A stretch of 25,516 nt of DNA from Candidatus Bathyarchaeia archaeon (GTDB taxonomy: Archaea; Thermoproteota; Bathyarchaeia; Bathyarchaeales; Bathycorpusculaceae): contig JBEKXL010000031.1 of the NCBI GenBank assembly GCA_049512075.1, positions 1 through 25,516 of the forward strand. The letters are read 5' to 3'. The notes under the pieces were generated by a model. The model was not told the DNA's origin. It searched no databases and saw only the letters and a program-made list of their open reading frames with translations. Below, piece after piece: positions 1 through 8,968 of the stretch (its first letter is position 1; each line of letters opens with the position of its first letter). The position numbers and the translations under genes are program-made.

Positions 1-32
1 GCCCCGGCCTCCATCTCCAAGGTTATCTCCAT
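1..32 (-). CDS. 5' fragment of a gene leaving the window (MEITLEMEAG...), possibly tnpB or tnpA
   Basis: ATG at 32 about 20 nt downstream of the TATA-like box, in-frame ATG at 14. Identity inferred only from the adjacent hairpin. Confidence 0.35.
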   Translation of the reverse strand, partial: MEITLEMEAG

Positions 33-120
33 TTTCGTAACACACGCTCGGTATAAAGGCTTAAGTGGGGGAATTCACCGCCCGGGGCAAGCCCCGGGGT
101 TCTCTTCCCCCACACCCTTG
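1..120 (-). mobile_element. Probable left end of an IS200/IS605-family element, truncated by the window edge
   Basis: Perfect hairpin CCCGGGGC-AA-GCCCCGGG (81-98) inside an outer stem GTGGGGGAA/TTCCCCCAC (65-73/105-113), in the AATTCA..hairpin..TTCTC context typical of IS200/IS605 ends. On the minus strand it is followed by TATA-like CTTTATA (~52-58) and an ATG at 32. Confidence 0.6.
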
Positions 121-270
121 AAATAGACTCATTGAAAGTCCTTGCGAAAGAATAAAGCTCTAGGACGATTCCATAAGAAACAGCAGTTCTGGAAAGTGAT
201 CCAACGACCGAAGGAGCGTATCAAGACCTGTCTTTGATACGCGCACGTCTTAACTTGCGGAGAAACAATG

Positions 271-870
271 CTAATTTAGCGCTTTCTGCAATCTCAACTC
301 GTCTCTCACTGGCAGTCCGCCTATTCCCTGCAGGACCGTTCCATGTTTTTCGGCTATGACGTTAGGCTTCACTTCGTAAATCTGGAAGCCGCGCGACTGA
401 TAGAAGCCCAAAGCGGGTAAATCATCGTTTGAAGTTGAAACAAGCACCTTGCCTTTTCCCAGCCTTCTAGCTTCACCTTCAACCTTTTCAATCAATCTGC
501 TACCGATTCCACAACATTGGTATCTTGGCAGAACGCCCAGTGCAACAACTATTAGCGCATCGCTTGCAGGTGAAAATGAAATAAACCCGATTGTGCCGGT
601 TTGCACTTTGGCAACATAAGCTGGCAGTTCTGCAACTGCGAATCTTCTGTCAAAAGTCAACTGCTCCGCCTCTCCCCAAAATCTCCTGACAAACTTGCGA
701 ATAGTCGACCTTTCCCCTTCACCCGTTACCCTACGCACTGTGAACATCAGTTCTGCTTTCTTCGCATGAGAAGCGCATACAGTTTCTGACTTCACGTGTT
801 CCGCACAGAGCAGTCTTCCACAAGCACTGCACCTGTAAATTGCGTCTTTCTCACAGTAGTCGCAACGCAT
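271..870 (-). CDS. GNAT-family N-acetyltransferase with N-terminal Cys/His zinc finger
   Basis: Acetyl-CoA motif A (LGVLPRYQCCGIGSRL) and motif B (NDDLPALGFYQSRGF). N-terminus CxxC-x7-CxxC-x4-CxxH...CxxH. Confidence 0.85.
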   Translation of the reverse strand: MRCDYCEKDAIYRCSACGRLLCAEHVKSETVCASHAKKAELMFTVRRVTGEGERSTIRKFVRRFWGEAEQLTFDRRFAVAELPAYVAKVQTGTIGFISFSPASDALIVVALGVLPRYQCCGIGSRLIEKVEGEARRLGKGKVLVSTSNDDLPALGFYQSRGFQIYEVKPNVIAEKHGTVLQGIGGLPVRDELRLQKALN

Positions 871-1399
871 GTACTGCTCCTCTATTTCAGGACAAAGAGA
901 GATAGTACAAGACGATATAAAATATTAGGCATATACGTATCCCTAGAATGGCTAAAAGTGTTTTAAAAGTGGTTTAGACTATGGAAAAACCCTGATCCCT
1001 GCAGGATCTGGCGTAGCTTCCATCATCTGCCATCCCTCAAAGCGACCAAGATTTGCTTGTCAAACAAGCCCACATCACACGAAAGAGAGCAAAGGAACAA
1101 TAAGAACCGTCTCACATCAATTCAGGAACAAACATTTGTGCCACCGTACACCCAAACCCGACAAATCACTATTCAGAATAGACTTTATGATACTATGTTT
1201 ATCTGTGATTCTAGTCTAGAAAGTCCATAAAAAAGAGGGAAGAAATAGCTAGTCATTGTCAAAGTAGCTATTAACATTATGGCGAAAGCGTAGAATAGAA
1301 AAACGATTAAAGCCTTCAGGTTATGCTGTAATATGTAATACAAGAGTAATCCACAAGTTTTAATTGATTGATTGTCTCTTCTTAATTGTTGAAAGGAGA

Positions 1400-3334
1400 A
1401 TGTCAAGTAGGGTATTTTTTGGAATATTATTGTCATTGTTGTTAATAGGCATGCTAATATTGGCATTCAACATTCAACCAGTTAGGGCACAGCCTTCGAC
1501 CATCATAGTTCCCAGTGATTATCCAACGATACAAGCAGCAGTGAACGCTGCGCAACAAGGAGATAACATAACTGTCATGGAAGGCATCTACTATGAAAAT
1601 GTTGTTGTGAATAAATCCGTGGCTTTGGTAGGAACCTTTTCTGTGCAACCTATTATTGAGAACAATTTTACGGGAGTTGCCGTTTGGATTCAAGCACCCA
1701 ATGTAACAGTCTCAGGGTTTATGATACGAAACAGCCAAACAGGCATCTTGCTTGACCATTCTAATAACAGCCAGATATACGGAAATGTCTTAGCATTCAA
1801 CAGTGCTGGAGCCATTCTGAACAACTCCTGCAACAATGTAATCAGCAGCAACGTGCTACTAAGCAATGTAGACGGCATAGGGATAGCAGGGTCATCTTGT
1901 AACAACACAATCGAGAGAAATGAAATCACACAGGGATATATCGGAATCAACGTATCCTACAGCGCCAGTAACAATACGGTAATAGACAATAGCATTATCG
2001 GATATGGAAACGACGAAATTCAATATGGAGTTCAAATATCTTCTACTTCTGACAATGTGATTTCTGGAAATACTATTATAGCAAATCGTTATGGAATATC
2101 TATCTCTTGGTCAGCTGACATCACGGCAACAGACAACACACTGATAAGAAATACGCACGTGGGTTACAGCGTAGGGTTTGGGGATCAGGGATATAGCATT
2201 TATCTTGACCACGCTGACAACTGCTCATTCGATGACAACGAACTTGACCTGAATATGATAGGGTTTTATTTTTGGGAATGTCGCAACTGCACTCTATCAG
2301 GCAACATCTTGAAAGACAACGATGTCGGATTTCAAATGTGGGGAAGTTCTCTTGAATACTATCTTCACACAATAGATACGTCAAACACCGTGAACGGTAG
2401 ACCCATCTACTACTTGATAAACCAGCACGGAGTAGTGGTTCCTAACGATGCTGGATGGGTAGCGACAATAAACTGTTCAGACATTGCGGTTGAGGATCTG
2501 ACGACAGTGCCTAACTTTGATGGAGTGCTGTTCGCCTACACCGAAGACTCTGTCATTATCGATTCCACGTTGTCAAACAATTTTGACGCCGTTATGCTGT
2601 CTTCATCGTCGAACTGCACTGTTTCCAGAAACGTGATAAGTAATAATGGATACGCCGCCATCTATTTTGATGGATCGGTTGATTGCACGATGACCGAGAA
2701 CAATGTGTTATACAACTTCTGCGTCTTTGGCATGAGGCATAATTCAACTGAGAACAGAATATTCCACAATAACTTCATCAACAACAGCTGGATAGGCTCC
2801 TTTGACCCCTGCCAAAATTCGATGGACAACGGAATTTCAGAAGGAAACTACTGGACTGGTTACAATGGAATTGATTCTAACAATGACGGCATAGGAGACA
2901 CTTCATACTCGCTATGCCCAAGCAACAATGACAACTATCCTTTGATGGGAACATTCTCTGATTTCAACGTCACTTTGGAGCATTATGTTCAGACAGTTTC
3001 CAACTCTACAATATCCGATTTTCAATTCAACGGTACCGCGATAAGCTTCAACGCTTCTGGTGAGAACTGGACAACTGGCTTCTGCAGAACCTGCATTCCA
3101 ACAGCTCTCATAAAGGGAACCTACAGAGTCTTTGTCAACGGAGCAGAGGTACCGTACACCCTGCTGCCAGAATCCAACAGCACGAACAGCTATCTGTACT
3201 TCACATATCACCATTTAACACAAGAAGTAACCATAACACCAGAGTTCCCATCGTTCCTAATTCTGCCACTATTCTTGATAGCAACACTATTGACAGCTAT
3301 AGCGTACAAGAAGAGAACCAACAAGAAGAACTAA
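1400..3334 (+). CDS. Secreted right-handed beta-helix (NosD/CASH-type) surface protein with PEF-CTERM-like anchor
   Basis: Signal peptide, VPSDYPTIQAAVNAA start of domain, Asn-rich beta-helix repeats, GNYW..Y.G.D.N.DGIGD motif, C-terminal PEFP + TM helix + basic tail. ATG at 1400 preferred over the non-canonical 1364 start. Confidence 0.88.
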   Translation: MSSRVFFGILLSLLLIGMLILAFNIQPVRAQPSTIIVPSDYPTIQAAVNAAQQGDNITVMEGIYYENVVVNKSVALVGTFSVQPIIENNFTGVAVWIQAPNVTVSGFMIRNSQTGILLDHSNNSQIYGNVLAFNSAGAILNNSCNNVISSNVLLSNVDGIGIAGSSCNNTIERNEITQGYIGINVSYSASNNTVIDNSIIGYGNDEIQYGVQISSTSDNVISGNTIIANRYGISISWSADITATDNTLIRNTHVGYSVGFGDQGYSIYLDHADNCSFDDNELDLNMIGFYFWECRNCTLSGNILKDNDVGFQMWGSSLEYYLHTIDTSNTVNGRPIYYLINQHGVVVPNDAGWVATINCSDIAVEDLTTVPNFDGVLFAYTEDSVIIDSTLSNNFDAVMLSSSSNCTVSRNVISNNGYAAIYFDGSVDCTMTENNVLYNFCVFGMRHNSTENRIFHNNFINNSWIGSFDPCQNSMDNGISEGNYWTGYNGIDSNNDGIGDTSYSLCPSNNDNYPLMGTFSDFNVTLEHYVQTVSNSTISDFQFNGTAISFNASGENWTTGFCRTCIPTALIKGTYRVFVNGAEVPYTLLPESNSTNSYLYFTYHHLTQEVTITPEFPSFLILPLFLIATLLTAIAYKKRTNKKN

Positions 3335-3337
3335 CAC

Positions 3338-3350
3338 TCTCTTTTTCCAT
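3338..3350 (+). terminator. Putative oligo-T archaeal terminator
   Basis: CTCTCTTTTTCC directly after the stop codon at 3334. Confidence 0.4.
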
Positions 3351-3603
3351 GCCTCAACCTAGACCCGTTGCACGCACAAATTACACCACACGCGAATCCT
3401 TTTCAGCCCATCACTTGAACGCCGAATTTAGGAACACACATGCGTCCTAAGAATGTTCAAGACATGTGATGTCTGTTACAAATTGAATTGTGCACTAATG
3501 GAAGCCATCTAGTCGCGCAAACTTTCATGCCCCGACCAAAACGTGAAAAACTATTTAACTTCAAAGGTTCAGTACTGCTAGAAAACAGCGAGGTTTTCAA
3601 CAT

Positions 3604-4125
3604 ATGTGCATCCTGGGCAAAGACAAGTTAAAGGAACTGATTGACAATTACAAGTGCGTGTACCCGTACGACTACAACCTGCTCGACGGAGACGGGTACA
3701 TCTTAACAGTAAGGGAGGAAACAACTCTCAACTACATGGAACACAAGAACCTAGTTACTCACGAAATCGTCTTCACACTGCCAAACAACGTTGCCAATTT
3801 GACCGCTAAAAGCAAGTACGGCAGAATGGGACTCTCGTTCCTGAACGCTGCGAAAGTTCACAGCGGATTCGTCGGAAGACTCGCGTTAGAGCTTGTAAAC
3901 CTCAGCAACGACCGCCGCCCCATAACAATCAAACGCGGAGACCCGTTCATGCACATAGAATTCGTAACAAGAGAAGGAGAACCCTCGCCGTACATGGGAG
4001 AATTCCAGTTTCAATACCTGTCAGAAGATGAAATGCAAATGTACATCCCAATCCTGAAGAAAGTTTTCCCAAACTACGACGAACTGGCGAAGACGTGGCT
4101 AAAGAATAAACGTTTACTCATATAG
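3604..4125 (+). CDS. dcd: dCTP deaminase / trimeric dUTPase-superfamily protein, divergent
   Basis: AKSKYGRMGL (cf. RSSxxRxG), HSGFVGRLALELVN (cf. DPGFxGxxxLEL), C-terminal PYxGxFQ. TATA-like TATTTAA at ~3552. Confidence 0.7.
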   Translation: MCILGKDKLKELIDNYKCVYPYDYNLLDGDGYILTVREETTLNYMEHKNLVTHEIVFTLPNNVANLTAKSKYGRMGLSFLNAAKVHSGFVGRLALELVNLSNDRRPITIKRGDPFMHIEFVTREGEPSPYMGEFQFQYLSEDEMQMYIPILKKVFPNYDELAKTWLKNKRLLI

Positions 4126-4191
4126 AACTCAAACCACGCAAGGGAATTTGGCAGGATAGGACTTGCCTGGCCATGAACGGTTTTTCTTGTC

Positions 4192-5469
4192 CTAGCTAGA
4201 AGTATTCGGCTTTTTGGCCTCGGCATTTCTGAAGAACGTAAAGTACAGTGAACTGGAGACGAGATATGTCACGGTCATTATAAGAAAAGGTGTGAAGAAA
4301 TCGCTGCCCGTCATCATTGCGCCTGAGATTGTAGCGGTCGTTGCTCTCGGAATTTGGTCTGACATCACCATCAGACCGTTCGTCGTGGCACGCTCTTCGG
4401 CAGTCACTGATTCCATCTGAAACGTTGTTCCGATGGGACCCGCCATGTTCATCAGAGAGGTTCGTACAATGTAAGAACCCCCTGCCCATGTTAAGTTTGG
4501 AGACAACGAGGTAAGCATGATAAAGGGCATTGAAAGGTATTGGCAAAGCACGACGAACCTGACTCTCGTCATCCTTTTCGACAATGCAGGCGTTAGAAGT
4601 GTGGCGATGCCCAGTGTTATGTTGCCCAGAGACGAAATGATCCCCACCTGTTCTGGCCCAGCGTTGTATCTCTGTTTGAAAAACGGGTTGACAAGCGGAA
4701 TCACGAACCCGGCGCCAAGGCCCGTCAGTGCGGTCGGTATCATGAACTTAATTATCGTCTTTGAACTCTTTATGTTCCTCAGCCTTAGAAAATCGACCAT
4801 CCTCTGCCGTTCATACCTCTTCGTCTGCTTCACTAACAAGACAGGGAAGACGACGGCTAGTGACAGTGCAATCGATATTGCCAACGAAATTCGATATCCG
4901 GCAGCTGAGCCGTTCAACCCAGTCGGCAACCCCATTGAAAGGTTGAACAGGTCAGGCAAGAAACCACCAATCAAGCTGCCGACAACCGCCATAGTTATCG
5001 ACAGTGCTGACTGAAAACTGAACAGATAGGTACGCTCCTCCATGCTACTGTTCTCCACCATAAACGGTGTCGCAGCAACCGAAGCCAGAGTCCCAACCAA
5101 GCCTGAAGTAACGCTTGCAGCCAGCAAATTTCCCGGCTGCAAAACCAAGATTTGAGCGAGATTGACCAAGTTTGCCGTCAGTCCTATCAAGATGGCTTTC
5201 TTGGGGCCGATACGCTCACAGAGCAAGCCGGCGGGCAAGGCAATGAGGCCCGTTGCAATGGCACCTACCGTGAACATGTTACCGATGAAGTTCATCTGAA
5301 AACCCACTTCGTGCAGATTAAGGTACAGATAGAACAATACTGCCCAGATTCCAGATCCCAAGCCTTGAAAAACAGTGGCTACGAGATAGAGTTTGGCGTT
5401 GCGGCTGAGCGTACCTAGACGATTAACATACTTTCGAACCCCAGCGGCAGGCTGCAAAGCTTTTTTCAC
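4192..5469 (-). CDS. MFS transporter
   Basis: About 12 hydrophobic segments in 425 aa. Motif A-like GLLCERIGPKK. Confidence 0.9.
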   Translation of the reverse strand: MKKALQPAAGVRKYVNRLGTLSRNAKLYLVATVFQGLGSGIWAVLFYLYLNLHEVGFQMNFIGNMFTVGAIATGLIALPAGLLCERIGPKKAILIGLTANLVNLAQILVLQPGNLLAASVTSGLVGTLASVAATPFMVENSSMEERTYLFSFQSALSITMAVVGSLIGGFLPDLFNLSMGLPTGLNGSAAGYRISLAISIALSLAVVFPVLLVKQTKRYERQRMVDFLRLRNIKSSKTIIKFMIPTALTGLGAGFVIPLVNPFFKQRYNAGPEQVGIISSLGNITLGIATLLTPALSKRMTRVRFVVLCQYLSMPFIMLTSLSPNLTWAGGSYIVRTSLMNMAGPIGTTFQMESVTAEERATTNGLMVMSDQIPRATTATISGAMMTGSDFFTPFLIMTVTYLVSSSLYFTFFRNAEAKKPNTSS

Positions 5470-5634
5470 CGATGAGATTCGTTACCATAAACTTTCAGAC
5501 ATAAATATCTTCTCAGTGCGCGCCAAAATTTGTTTCCGAATAACTCGGCAATATGCACATGCGACGTGCGCTAGCCTGTCCTCTCCTTGCAAGTTTCTGC
5601 TCAAACATTTGGCGCGCACATCTTGATTTTGTCT

Positions 5635-6948
5635 CTATTTCTGGAAAATGTGAATTTCTCGTCCGATCTTGTGTCTTTCAGCTACATCAACGAGGGATGT
5701 CATTTTGGTCAAATTCTCGTGTGCAGTGTCGTCTCTGGGAAGAACCTCTTTCGGAAATGGATAGACTCTCTTGAAACCGACTGTCACTGCTTTTTCTTCA
5801 ATGTGCATTGTGACCGGTTTTCCTGAACGCGTTTTTATGTAAGGTGTTACGAGCACCAGCCGTCCCTCTTTTTTCAGTCTCTCGTGTGCCTTTTCCAAGA
5901 AATCACAGTATAGAGGTCTGAGCCTGTCGATGATCTTTGTCGCGTAGGGTGTAGTTGCAATGTGCCGTAGCGCTGGACCCAGATCGGGTTCTGTTGCTAT
6001 GCAGTCTACCTCTTGTTGAATTCTTTCCGCCAGTCTGCGCGAGTCTCCTTGCAGAACCGTGTATTCTGCATCTTCCAACGCGTACTCTTTTTTGAGCCAC
6101 TCGAGATTCTTCCGCGAAGCTTCAACACACCACGGGTTCACGTCCACTCCGATCACTCTTGCCTTAGCTAGAAGTGCTTCCTGAAGGATTGTGCCAACCC
6201 CGCAGAACGGATCGAGCAGAGATTTTCCAGCCGCGCAGAAAGCCAGGTTTATCATGATTCTTGCCAGTCGCGGCGGTATAGCAAATATCTTACGTTGAAT
6301 TGGTCTGCCTATGTCGCGTTTCTGAAATTCGAACGGATCATGCACGCCTACAGTGGTGGATACCACCGTCTGTTCTTTGCCTATGCAAAACAGTACTTCC
6401 GCTTTCCTTTCAACCAAGCCTTTTCTCAACACTTCAACGTGGCTCAGTTGAGGTTGTCGTCTGCTCCTGGGAAAGCCCATGAACCCTGACTTCCTACCGT
6501 GAGCCGCCAGCTCATGCTTCAGGGAGCTTCCGACAAACCGTTGCATCCTTCTTGAAACTGGATGAAAAGACCGCTCCGCGTAGTACACGCTTACACCAAA
6601 AACAGATTTTCCAGAAGCGGCTTCAACCATTTCATCAACTATACCGCTTGCGCAAAGGCTCATCCTAATTTGCGCCTGAGCCTGCTTGCTCTCTTTAAGA
6701 AACGCTTCTTCCACGGTCCAAGTAGCAACGTTCGTGACAACCTTGCCTATCTTTATGATTCCACCCAGATCAGCAACAACTGAGGCACCCAAACCCCTGT
6801 TGACGTTAGCGGTGAAGAATGCTGGTGTCAACTCATACAACTCAAACCCGCAGTTTCTCGCTTCCAAATACGCGACAAGCTCCGCTAGGGACAGCTTCCA
6901 ATTCTTCCCTGGAACAAACACGTAAGTGTTCTGACTATCGAGCACCAT
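5635..6948 (-). CDS. Trm11/TrmG10-like SAM-dependent RNA methyltransferase
   Basis: IPPRLARIMINL, LLDPFCGVGTIL, GVD, IATEPDLG motifs. Start placed at ATG 6948 because the upstream in-frame part looks like a separate remnant. Confidence 0.75.
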   Translation of the reverse strand: MVLDSQNTYVFVPGKNWKLSLAELVAYLEARNCGFELYELTPAFFTANVNRGLGASVVADLGGIIKIGKVVTNVATWTVEEAFLKESKQAQAQIRMSLCASGIVDEMVEAASGKSVFGVSVYYAERSFHPVSRRMQRFVGSSLKHELAAHGRKSGFMGFPRSRRQPQLSHVEVLRKGLVERKAEVLFCIGKEQTVVSTTVGVHDPFEFQKRDIGRPIQRKIFAIPPRLARIMINLAFCAAGKSLLDPFCGVGTILQEALLAKARVIGVDVNPWCVEASRKNLEWLKKEYALEDAEYTVLQGDSRRLAERIQQEVDCIATEPDLGPALRHIATTPYATKIIDRLRPLYCDFLEKAHERLKKEGRLVLVTPYIKTRSGKPVTMHIEEKAVTVGFKRVYPFPKEVLPRDDTAHENLTKMTSLVDVAERHKIGREIHIFQK

Positions 6949-7014
6949 GCTTAGACATGTGAGTACTGTTGCCTGACGCATAAGAGAGTAATGGTTTGAG
7001 ACAAAAGAAGCATT

Positions 7015-7148
7015 CAAAATGGCGCTTTCTAGCGTGCGCTTGAGTAACTCGCCTATCAGCTCAGATGGCCGCACCTTTTCACGCCTGCGAAGCTCCCGGT
7101 AGGCGTCCCAGACTTGAGAATCATTAACATGTCTGTTTGTTTCTTCAT
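7015..7148 (-). pseudogene. Frameshifted ribbon-helix-helix-like small protein remnant
   Basis: ATG 7148 reads MKKQTDML. Restoring one base near 7123 continues as DSQVWDAYRELRRREKVRPSELIGELLKRTLESAIL, a strand-helix-helix pattern. Confidence 0.45.
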
Positions 7149-7295
7149 GTTTTCATTACAATGCAACATTACATCTGATGTTACAATTGTGGAGTAGGGA
7201 GGTCTGCTTTGAAGGGCAGACCAGCCTGTTTTCTTCATGATTTGTTACGAAGCAGCATTAAAAATGACGTTACAACTGAAAAGAGGGGGTCGACT

Positions 7296-7379
7296 TTGAA
7301 GGGTATGTATGGACGGCTTGAGATTTTAGTCGGGAAGATGTTTAGAGTTGCAGTTCTTGGCGAGTGTGCCGTTACATAG
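7296..7379 (+). CDS. Putative 27-aa small protein (MKGMYGRLEILVGKMFRVAVLGECAVT)
   Basis: SD-like GAGGGGGT at 7283-7290, TTG start 7296 (in-frame ATG 7305), TAG 7377-7379, then a hairpin and pyrimidine tract. Confidence 0.4.
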   Translation: MKGMYGRLEILVGKMFRVAVLGECAVT

Positions 7380-7430
7380 GAGACTTATCGGGTCTCTCTT
7401 CCCTTTTTTGCGTTTCTTTTTCCCTCTCTC
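7380..7430 (+). terminator. Hairpin plus T-rich tract, putative terminator
   Basis: GAGAC-TTATCGG-GTCTC followed by TCTTCCCTTTTTTGCGTTTCTTTTTCCC. Confidence 0.4.
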
Positions 7431-7845
7431 ATATGGTCTCTTTTTTCTAAACTCAAAATGCATCTTCCCGCAGGACTTGATCGCTTCGGTTCCGACTGAT
7501 AAGTCGCGTTTGCCGAAGTTGCTTAATTCATCGATGCTGTCAAAAGAGGTAAGCGCGCAAGGTTTGTATTCGGACATAAGAACGACCAACAGATTTTTTC
7601 TTGCCTGTTTTTCCCTCGCGCGCACAGATTTTCGATTATCACTACTTACAAGCACAACAATAGACTTAAAGGTTTCCGCAACATTGCGAAGCAAATACTC
7701 GATATTCTTTCTTCGGGAAGTTGCAAGGCCAAAACGTACACTTCTTGTCTTAACTTATCCAAAGAACTCTAGCGTGCGCTGGCAGTAACCCCTGTTCTTA
7801 GGCTCAAAAGCCAGTTTCAGAATTCCTGCTTTAGAATCTTAGAGA

Positions 7846-8199
7846 CTATGAATATTCTCTGAACGTGTAGTTGCATTTTGTGCAACGCAGAAACTGGGTT
7901 GAAGATTCATCTGCACCTCTGGTTTGCACCTGCCACACGTATGCCACGTTGTTCCCGCATTTTGGACATTCCATCCTCACGGTGGGCAGGGTTCTCAGTT
8001 TCTGTTCCTCTTTTCCTATCACTGCCACAAGCTGTGTTGGCTTGTGCTGGAAAACCTTGGCGACTTTGGGTTCGATTTTCTTTGTTGCGGCCGGTTTCTT
8101 GTAGCCGCACTTTGCACAGGTCATCACTAACGTTTTTTCTGTGCCGCTTTTTCCTTTCTTAGCCTCAAGCCGAGAACCGCATTTTGGACAAAATTCCAT
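7846..8199 (-). CDS. tfs: Transcription factor S (TFS, RpoM-like)
   Basis: Two zinc ribbons (FCPKCG..CAKCG; CPKCG..RCTKC) and catalytic QTRGADE. Start at MEFCPKC (8199). Confidence 0.93.
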   Translation of the reverse strand: MEFCPKCGSRLEAKKGKSGTEKTLVMTCAKCGYKKPAATKKIEPKVAKVFQHKPTQLVAVIGKEEQKLRTLPTVRMECPKCGNNVAYVWQVQTRGADESSTQFLRCTKCNYTFREYS

Positions 8200-8279
8200 G
8201 AACCTGTTCTCCGTCTTTCGTTTCTTTAGCCTTAGCAAAGTCTCTTTTAAACTTTTTTATGTTCAGCTAAGTATTCAGG

Positions 8280-8864
8280 CTAAGCCTGACTGGCACCTGA
8301 AGCGACAAGATGCGCGACCCGGAGGGCTTCTGGAATGTTGCTCCGCGTGGAGGTCAACTGAACAATCCTCCGCGCGTCACCTTCGTGGATGCCGCAGAGT
8401 TCCATGTACACTCTTTCGCCTCTGCTTCTTGTCTGCACCTCGAAAATCTGTCCAGCGTCCTGAACAGCTACCCAGCGTTCCGCGATCCTCGGCAGGTTCC
8501 TCAACGCCGCGTGAATCTCTCTGAAATCAGGTTTGTCACGCGTAACAACTATGACCGGCAGTTTTGTGAGGACGTTGAGTTCTTTGATGTTGACAATGTT
8601 GAAGCCGCCGAACGTGACGCCGTCGAGCATTATGATTCTGACCTGGTGGTAGTGCGGGGACTCGACAATCATGGAGGATATATTGTCAGTGGCGTCGAAA
8701 CCGTCAACCTTGACCTTGGTGCTCAGCACTCCGTCGAGCCAGTAGCCGCCGCGGAAGACGACGCCGACAACGGGGGCGTAGCCTTGGTGAGGAGTGAACG
8801 GTCCATCATCGACTCCTAAAACGCGGATTTCACGTTTAATTGTGCGGAACTTTTTTACGGACAA
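8280..8864 (-). CDS. DUF99/UPF0215 protein (endonuclease V-like, putative endonuclease dU)
   Basis: VLGVDDGPF, DGFDAT, LDGVTFGGFNIV, IPEALRVAHLVA. Confidence 0.88.
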   Translation of the reverse strand: MSVKKFRTIKREIRVLGVDDGPFTPHQGYAPVVGVVFRGGYWLDGVLSTKVKVDGFDATDNISSMIVESPHYHQVRIIMLDGVTFGGFNIVNIKELNVLTKLPVIVVTRDKPDFREIHAALRNLPRIAERWVAVQDAGQIFEVQTRSRGERVYMELCGIHEGDARRIVQLTSTRSNIPEALRVAHLVASGASQA

Positions 8865-8968
8865 ACCTTTTCCCCGTTAGCTCCAACACTAAAGTAAGAG
8901 GCAGCAATTATAAACTTGATCAACGGTAACGGCCAAGATGGGGTTGAGCTTTGGGCAGAGGTAGCAGA

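Noticed and set aside
6949-7074. 42-aa N-terminal extension of the 479-aa methyltransferase ORF
   Set aside because: Better explained as the tail of the RHH-like remnant plus intergenic read-through.
7326-7788. Overlapping ORFs 7326-7694 (-) and 7348-7788 (+)
   Set aside because: Driven by low-complexity purine/pyrimidine tracts, with no recognisable motif or start signals.
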